From a virus (lineage: Duplodnaviria > Caudoviricetes), in the IMG/VR virus record IMGVR_UViG_3300043184_000220, positions 1-29,539 of that record: a stretch of 29,539 nucleotides of DNA; one strand, given 5' to 3'. The translations under genes were made by a program, and so were the position numbers. Position 1 is the first letter of the stretch, and the number at the start of each line of letters is the position of its first letter. The notes beneath the pieces were generated by a model, which was given only the letters and a program-made list of their open reading frames with translations, had not been told where the DNA came from and did no database searches. Shown here piece by piece: positions 24,628 through 29,539 of this stretch.

Positions 24628-25145
24628 GGTCGTTGTCGGGCGCGCTCTCGGCTGCGCTGGCGGCGCCGGTGCAGCGGCCGGCGGTGTTGGTCGAGATCGG
24701 CTTCGACCCGGTGCGCCGCTGGTCGAGTCACGGCACGGTGGCCTGGAACGGCCACACGTGGGAGGCGGCCGACATCCGCGTGGAGGGCCTGCAAGTCGAG
24801 CCGCTGCGCATCGCGGGAGCGATCGTGCTCGGCAACGCTGACGGGGTGGCTGGCGCGCTGGTGCTCGCGCAGGGCGTGGCCGATCGAGCGGTCACGGTCT
24901 GGGGCTACGACGCGGGCGCCACGGGCGCGGCCGACGTGGTGGGCCTGGGCATCGGCGGCGCTGCCGTGTCGGCCACGGCGGACGTGACGACGGACGAGGT
25001 GCGCATCGCCATCCGCCACCGCGCCGAGTTCACCTTCTCGCCGCGCGCCACCGTGGGCGCCGCAGCGGGCATCACGACGCTGCTGCCCGCGGGCGCCGTG
25101 GTGCGCATCAACGGCCTCGACTACCGCCTGGAGCGTCGAGGATGA
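24624..25145 (+). CDS. Minor tail protein
   Basis: ATGA coupling to tape measure; MRSLS..L, VLVEI, VAWNGHTW. Confidence 0.75.
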   Translation: MRSLSGALSAALAAPVQRPAVLVEIGFDPVRRWSSHGTVAWNGHTWEAADIRVEGLQVEPLRIAGAIVLGNADGVAGALVLAQGVADRAVTVWGYDAGATGAADVVGLGIGGAAVSATADVTTDEVRIAIRHRAEFTFSPRATVGAAAGITTLLPAGAVVRINGLDYRLERRG

Positions 25146-25465
25146 GCTACCCGGTGCTGCCGACGATGATCGGCTCGTCCAAGCAGCGGCTGTCAGGCTT
25201 CCAGCCGCGTCGGGCCTCCAACGGCATTCTGCGGATGCGGCAGATGTGGCCGCAGGACCTGGCCGAGTTCGCGCTCGAACACTGGCTCGATGCCGCGCAG
25301 GAAACGACGCTGCGAACGTTCTACGCGGCGAACCGGCTGGTGAGCTTCAGCTACACCTGGCCGGGCGACGGCACCACGCACACGGTGCGCTTCGTCGCCC
25401 CGCCTCAGTACGAAGTGCGGGGGTCGGGCTACGTCGTGGCGCGCGTGCAGCTCGCGGAAGGGTAG
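25142..25465 (+). CDS. Minor tail protein (distal tail / lambda gpM-like)
   Basis: 107 aa; L.TFY......FSYTWP.DG....VRF. Confidence 0.7.
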   Translation: MSYPVLPTMIGSSKQRLSGFQPRRASNGILRMRQMWPQDLAEFALEHWLDAAQETTLRTFYAANRLVSFSYTWPGDGTTHTVRFVAPPQYEVRGSGYVVARVQLAEG

Positions 25466-25467
25466 GC

Positions 25468-28400
25468 ATGGCCGGCGTCACGCTCGCCTGGGCCGGCCTC
25501 ACGATCCCGCCGGCCAGCTCGATCAACCGCACGGCCGCCGGCGCAGCACAGCGGCAAATCGCCGCTGCCGGCGCGCGCTCTGCGATCCCCTTCACCTACG
25601 GCCGCGACCGGCTCGGCGCCCTCATGCTCAACATCCTGCCGGCCAGCGCTGGCAGCCCCACGCTGCTCGTGCAGTGCCTCTGGGGCCACGCGATCGACTC
25701 GATCGACGAGGTGCGCCTCAACGACCTCGCGCTGCCGCCGGGCAGCGCGATCACGCACTACGGCGGGCAGCAGACCACGGCAGACGCTGCGCTCGTGGCC
25801 GGCTTCGCGGCACAGGGCATCACTTACAGCGACACGCTGTCCGGCTACGCCTACAGCGTGTTCGCGATGCCCACGCGCGCATTCGACGGGCAGCTCAACG
25901 TCTCGGCCCGCATCGCCGGTCGGCGGGTGTATGACCCGCGGGCCGATAGCACCGCAGGCGGCAGCGGGTCGCAGCGCCTGGCGGACTCGGCGACGTGGGC
26001 GTGGTCGGAGAACCCGGCGCTGGCGCTCGCGGACTTCCTGCGCAGCCCGACCTATGGCTGCGGTGAGGCGCTCGACTGGGCCAGCGTCGCGACGGCCGCG
26101 AATCACTCCGACGCGATGATCGGCACGCCGGCCGAGACGCGGCGGCGCATCGGCGTGAGCTTCGTTCAGCCCGCGCCGGTGGCCGAGATCGCCGAGACGC
26201 TGCGGGCCTACGCCGGCTGCTGGCTGGTGCGCTACAGCGGCGCGATCCGCCTGATCCCGGACGAGGACTCGGCGCCGGTGGCGCACCTGGACCACGCGGC
26301 CGGCAACATCGCCGCGATCGGCGCGCTCGTCACGCGCGACCTGGGCAATGCACCGACGGCCGTGGAGGTGGTCTATACCGACACGGCGCAGGTGCCCTGG
26401 CGCGACGCCGCGGCCGTGGCGCAGGTGCCTGGCGCCGGCACAACGCTGCCCTGGCGCCTCTCGACCGTGCGACTGCCGGGCATCCATCGCTACGGGCAGG
26501 CGCTGCGCGAGGCGACGGAGCGGCTCGCCAAGCTGCGGCAGGCGGGTCTCTCGACCACGCTGGAGCTGTTCGATGGAGGCATCGCGTTCGAGCCCGCAGA
26601 CATCGTGCAGGTGTCGCACCCGGTGGGCCTCGTCACGATGCCGATGCGCATCACGGCGGTGGAGATGACGGGAGCCGGGCAGTGGCAGCTCGCGCTGACG
26701 CAGCACGACTCTGCGGCCTACTCCACGCTCGTGGCGAGCGCCGCCTCCGCGCCCGACGCCGCGCTCGTCAACCCCGCCGGCCCGCCGGGCACGGTGGCGG
26801 GCTTCGCGGCCACCCGCGAGCCCGGTAGCGTGCGTGTGCGATGGACTGCCAACGCCGAGTCGGACGTGACGGGCTACGAGCTGCGCCTCGGCGGCACCGG
26901 CTGGGCCGACTCCACGCCACTGGACGGCACGGCGCCCACCATCGTCGGCGGCACCACGCACCTTTGGGTGCACCCCGGCAGCGGCACCTACACCCTGCGC
27001 ATCAAGGCGCGAGACGCCGAGGGCCTGGAGTCGGCCGCGGCGGCGAGCATCACCTTCGCCGTCGATGCGCTGTCGGTGCGGGACATCGACTACACCGGCG
27101 ACCTCGACGCCACGCGCAACGTCACGTACCGGCAGGCCCCCGACCCCGTCTCGTCGCCGGGGGGCGTGGTCAACGGCGACATCTGGCTCCAGCTCGACGG
27201 CGGCGGGCTGGTCATCGCGACGAAGCATCGCGTGGGCGGCGCTTGGATCGACGGGCCCACGGGGCCGGCGGGGCTGAACAACGCCACGGTGTTGATCTAC
27301 CGCCGCGCCGCGAGCACGCCGGCGGTGCCCTCGGGTACGGTGACGTACACCTTCGTCGGGGCCGGCGTCTCGGGCCTGGACAACGGCTGGACCGTCACGG
27401 TGCCGAGCGGCACGGACCCCCTCTACGTCACGGCCGCGGCGGCTTCCAGCAGCGGGCCGAGCGACACGATCGCCACCGGCGAGTGGGCCGCGCCCGTCAT
27501 CCAGTCGCGCGATGGCGCGGCAGGCGCTGCGGGCCTGAATGCCGCGACCGTGTACCTGTTTCGCCGCACCACGAGCGCCACGGCGCCGGCGCTGCCGAGC
27601 GCGAGCGTCACGTACACCTTCTCCAGCGGCGCGGCCACAGGCCTCACGGAAGGCTGGACGCAGACGTTGCCCACGAGCGGCGGCGCCTACCGGTGGGTGA
27701 CGACGGCCACGGCGCTGAGCACGGACAGCGACGACACGATCGGCACCGCGGAGTGGGCGGCGGCGGCGCTGCTGGCGGAGGACGGGGTAGACGGCGCAGC
27801 GGGGCAAGACGCGGCGCGGCTGGAGGTGTCGCCGGCCGCTGCCTCGGTGCAGGCGCTACTCGACGGCACGGTGCAGTCGGGCGGCCTGGACGGGGCGGTG
27901 TTCGCCTGCAAGGTCTTCGCGGGCTCGTCCGACGTGTCGGCTTCATGGACCCTCTCGCGCACCAGCGGCAGCGGCGTCACGAGCTCGATCAGCGGCGCGA
28001 CGGTCACGACCACGGCGCTCACGGTGGACACCGGCACGATCGACATCACAGCCACTCGCTCCGGCTGGCCGACGCTGACGCAGCGGGTCACGCTCACCAA
28101 AGTTCGCAGCGCGCCGAACGCGGGGCCCAACGCCGTGTTCCTCGCAAGCACCAGTGCCGCGGCGTCCAGCGGCACGGCAACGGCGCGAATTCGATTCCGT
28201 GCGGACGGCACGGTGCAGTTCAGGGCCAACGGCGGCAGCTGGGCGACGGCCGACAACTGGTACTCGCCGACCACGAGCGGCGTGGGCTCGTCGCCCGGGT
28301 ACTGGATGCGCGCCAGCAAGACCAGCGAGTTCGGGAGCGGCACCTTCAGCGGCACGCTCGACCAATGGCTGAAGCTGGACACGGACCGCGAGTACACCGC

Positions 28401-28524
28401 AGCACGCGGCCCGGCCGAAGGTGTCTACGGCGTTTCGCTGCTCTACCGCATCGCCAGCGACGCCGGCGGCTCGAACATCGTCGCCAGCGTCCAGGGGTCT
28501 GTTGAAGCCGAGATTGCCCTGTAG
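25468..28524 (+). CDS. Tail tip / host-specificity protein (gpJ-like) with Fn3-like domain and internal repeats
   Basis: IPFTYG, GRRVYDPR, WSENPALALADFL, FEPADIVQV, VRWTAN..DVTGYELR. Confidence 0.85.
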   Translation: MAGVTLAWAGLTIPPASSINRTAAGAAQRQIAAAGARSAIPFTYGRDRLGALMLNILPASAGSPTLLVQCLWGHAIDSIDEVRLNDLALPPGSAITHYGGQQTTADAALVAGFAAQGITYSDTLSGYAYSVFAMPTRAFDGQLNVSARIAGRRVYDPRADSTAGGSGSQRLADSATWAWSENPALALADFLRSPTYGCGEALDWASVATAANHSDAMIGTPAETRRRIGVSFVQPAPVAEIAETLRAYAGCWLVRYSGAIRLIPDEDSAPVAHLDHAAGNIAAIGALVTRDLGNAPTAVEVVYTDTAQVPWRDAAAVAQVPGAGTTLPWRLSTVRLPGIHRYGQALREATERLAKLRQAGLSTTLELFDGGIAFEPADIVQVSHPVGLVTMPMRITAVEMTGAGQWQLALTQHDSAAYSTLVASAASAPDAALVNPAGPPGTVAGFAATREPGSVRVRWTANAESDVTGYELRLGGTGWADSTPLDGTAPTIVGGTTHLWVHPGSGTYTLRIKARDAEGLESAAAASITFAVDALSVRDIDYTGDLDATRNVTYRQAPDPVSSPGGVVNGDIWLQLDGGGLVIATKHRVGGAWIDGPTGPAGLNNATVLIYRRAASTPAVPSGTVTYTFVGAGVSGLDNGWTVTVPSGTDPLYVTAAAASSSGPSDTIATGEWAAPVIQSRDGAAGAAGLNAATVYLFRRTTSATAPALPSASVTYTFSSGAATGLTEGWTQTLPTSGGAYRWVTTATALSTDSDDTIGTAEWAAAALLAEDGVDGAAGQDAARLEVSPAAASVQALLDGTVQSGGLDGAVFACKVFAGSSDVSASWTLSRTSGSGVTSSISGATVTTTALTVDTGTIDITATRSGWPTLTQRVTLTKVRSAPNAGPNAVFLASTSAAASSGTATARIRFRADGTVQFRANGGSWATADNWYSPTTSGVGSSPGYWMRASKTSEFGSGTFSGTLDQWLKLDTDREYTAARGPAEGVYGVSLLYRIASDAGGSNIVASVQGSVEAEIAL
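27262..27785 (+). repeat. Two tandem ~87-aa domain repeats in the tail tip protein
   Basis: AGLN.ATV...RR...PA.PS..VTYTF....GL..GWT.T.P...VT.A.A.S...DTI.T.EWAA.....DG occurs twice. Confidence 0.85.
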
Positions 28525-28555
28525 CCATTCAACCAAGTAACGGAGCCGCGTTAAC

Positions 28556-29158
28556 GTGTTCCTTCATCACCCCCTCAAGACCGCCGAAGGTATCGCCTGC
28601 GAGCACCACCGCTTAAGCGCACTGGCCGTGAGCCACGACTGGGCCGAGCTGGCGATCACGCTGGAGAGCTGGCCAGACGAGGCCGCGCGCCTGGAAGGAT
28701 CGCGGCCGGTCGGCCGATGGAACGTCGGCGCCGCGGTGGCGCTGCTCGACCTGAGCGCCGGGCTCCCGGCTGGAGTGCTTCAGGCTGTGCTCGCGACAGA
28801 CCCCTTCCGCGGTGCCACTCCTCTCGCCGACGCGGCGGGCGGCGTCGATGCGCTCCGCGACCGGAAGGCCGCCGAGCTTCGAGCGGCACGCGATGCGGCC
28901 GAAGCGGCCGGGATCGAGTGGGGCGGCGGGCGCCTCGCCGGGGACGTACCGACGCGCCTGCGCCTTCTCGGCGCGGCGCTCGCCCGCGCGGCGCCGCCCG
29001 CCCTGCTCGGCGACAAGCCCGATCCAGAGGCCGCTTCCGCCGCGATGGCCGCGCACGTCGAGCGCACTCACGCGACGTTGGCCACGCTGCTCGCCGACGT
29101 TGCCGCTGCCGACCCTGCTGCGATCGATTCGATCCGCTGGCCGGCAGGCGCCGGTTGA
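28556..29158 (+). CDS. Putative tail fibre assembly-type protein (DUF4376-like C-terminus)
   Basis: GGAG RBS, GTG start; RKAAELRAARDAAE..GI.W and terminal IDSIRWP. Confidence 0.65.
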   Translation: MFLHHPLKTAEGIACEHHRLSALAVSHDWAELAITLESWPDEAARLEGSRPVGRWNVGAAVALLDLSAGLPAGVLQAVLATDPFRGATPLADAAGGVDALRDRKAAELRAARDAAEAAGIEWGGGRLAGDVPTRLRLLGAALARAAPPALLGDKPDPEAASAAMAAHVERTHATLATLLADVAAADPAAIDSIRWPAGAG

Positions 29159-29252
29159 GCGTTCAAGAAATTTGAAGTCGCCGCGTCAGCGGACCGCGGC
29201 GCGTGCCAAGTAAGTCGCTTCGTCGTGCCAAGTAGCGCGCGTCCGTACGACA
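29159..29252 (+). repeat. Mu-type right end with transposase-binding repeats and terminal CA
   Basis: CGTGCCAAGTA at 29202-29212 and 29224-29234 (22-bp period); AAGTCGC at 29175 and 29212; CA at 29251-29252. Confidence 0.75.
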
Positions 29253-29269
29253 GGGGCCCGCGCCCGCCG

Positions 29270-29539
29270 CTATCGATCCAGCGGGTTCGTGATCAGCGGG
29301 TCGGGGGCGCCCGGCTTGTCGAGCGGGTTCGTGATCAGCGGATCGCTCGCGCCGGGCTTGTCCAGCGGATTCGTGATCAGGTTGTCGCCGGGGTCGTGCT
29401 CGGGCGTGTCGTCGTCGGTCTCGGGGTCCGCCGGGACGTCCGGCTCGTCGCGATCATGCTCGCCCTGACGCGGGCTCGCGGCACCCGCGATCGGCCCGGC
29501 GAGGCGCCCGTCGGTGGTGAGCTCGTCTGCTTCCTTCAT
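29270..29539 (-). CDS. Host acidic, disordered hypothetical protein with LITNPLD repeats
   Basis: 89-aa ORF; three LITNPLD units at a 14-aa period. Confidence 0.6.
   Translation of the reverse strand: MKEADELTTDGRLAGPIAGAASPRQGEHDRDEPDVPADPETDDDTPEHDPGDNLITNPLDKPGASDPLITNPLDKPGAPDPLITNPLDR

Larger units (their letters stand above)
1..29252 (+). mobile_element. Mu-like transposable prophage (siphovirus-type tail), left part outside window
   Basis: Mu gene order gp25-gp26-gp27(DUF1804)-terminase-portal(DUF935)-MuF-gpG-protease I/Z-capsid-gp36-gp37; tail tube with no sheath gene; repeated end boxes and terminal CA near 29250. Confidence 0.93.

Noticed and set aside
25468-29158. Diversity-generating retroelement or invertible tail segment
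   Set aside because: No reverse transcriptase, no invertase, and no near-identical repeat pair differing at adenines
29276-29381. CRISPR-like array from 42-bp periodic repeats
   Set aside because: No unique spacers; variation is mostly synonymous within an ORF; no cas genes

Overview
High-GC window that is almost entirely the middle-to-right part of a Mu-like (transposable) prophage with a non-contractile, siphovirus-type tail. From left to right: the end of the early/accessory region, a C4-antisense-RNA-controlled Bro-N antirepressor, a lysis cassette (holin, SLT endolysin, Rz with nested Rz1), packaging genes (gp25/26/27-like, terminase, portal, MuF), head genes (protease/scaffold, cement, capsid), and tail genes (tube, frameshifted chaperones, tape measure, tip). 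A Mu-type right end lies at ~29250, followed by one host gene. The transposase and repressor are not in the window. Most interesting observations: (1) a 97-nt tRNA-shaped RNA with its own putative minus-strand promoter sits at the stop codon of a MuF protein whose C-terminal domain resembles a BECR-type RNase, where an immunity gene would be expected, suggesting a toxin/tRNA-mimic antitoxin pair; (2) a canonical integron attC site plus an attI/attG-like junction, indicating that the first two phage genes (one MazG-like) are integron cassettes with the ORFs inverted relative to attC and no integrase nearby; (3) a three-gene insert with a frameshifted PhoD-like phosphatase inside the head module; (4) a shared leaderless late-promoter motif. 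Family assignments come from motif recognition and synteny only; no searches were run.
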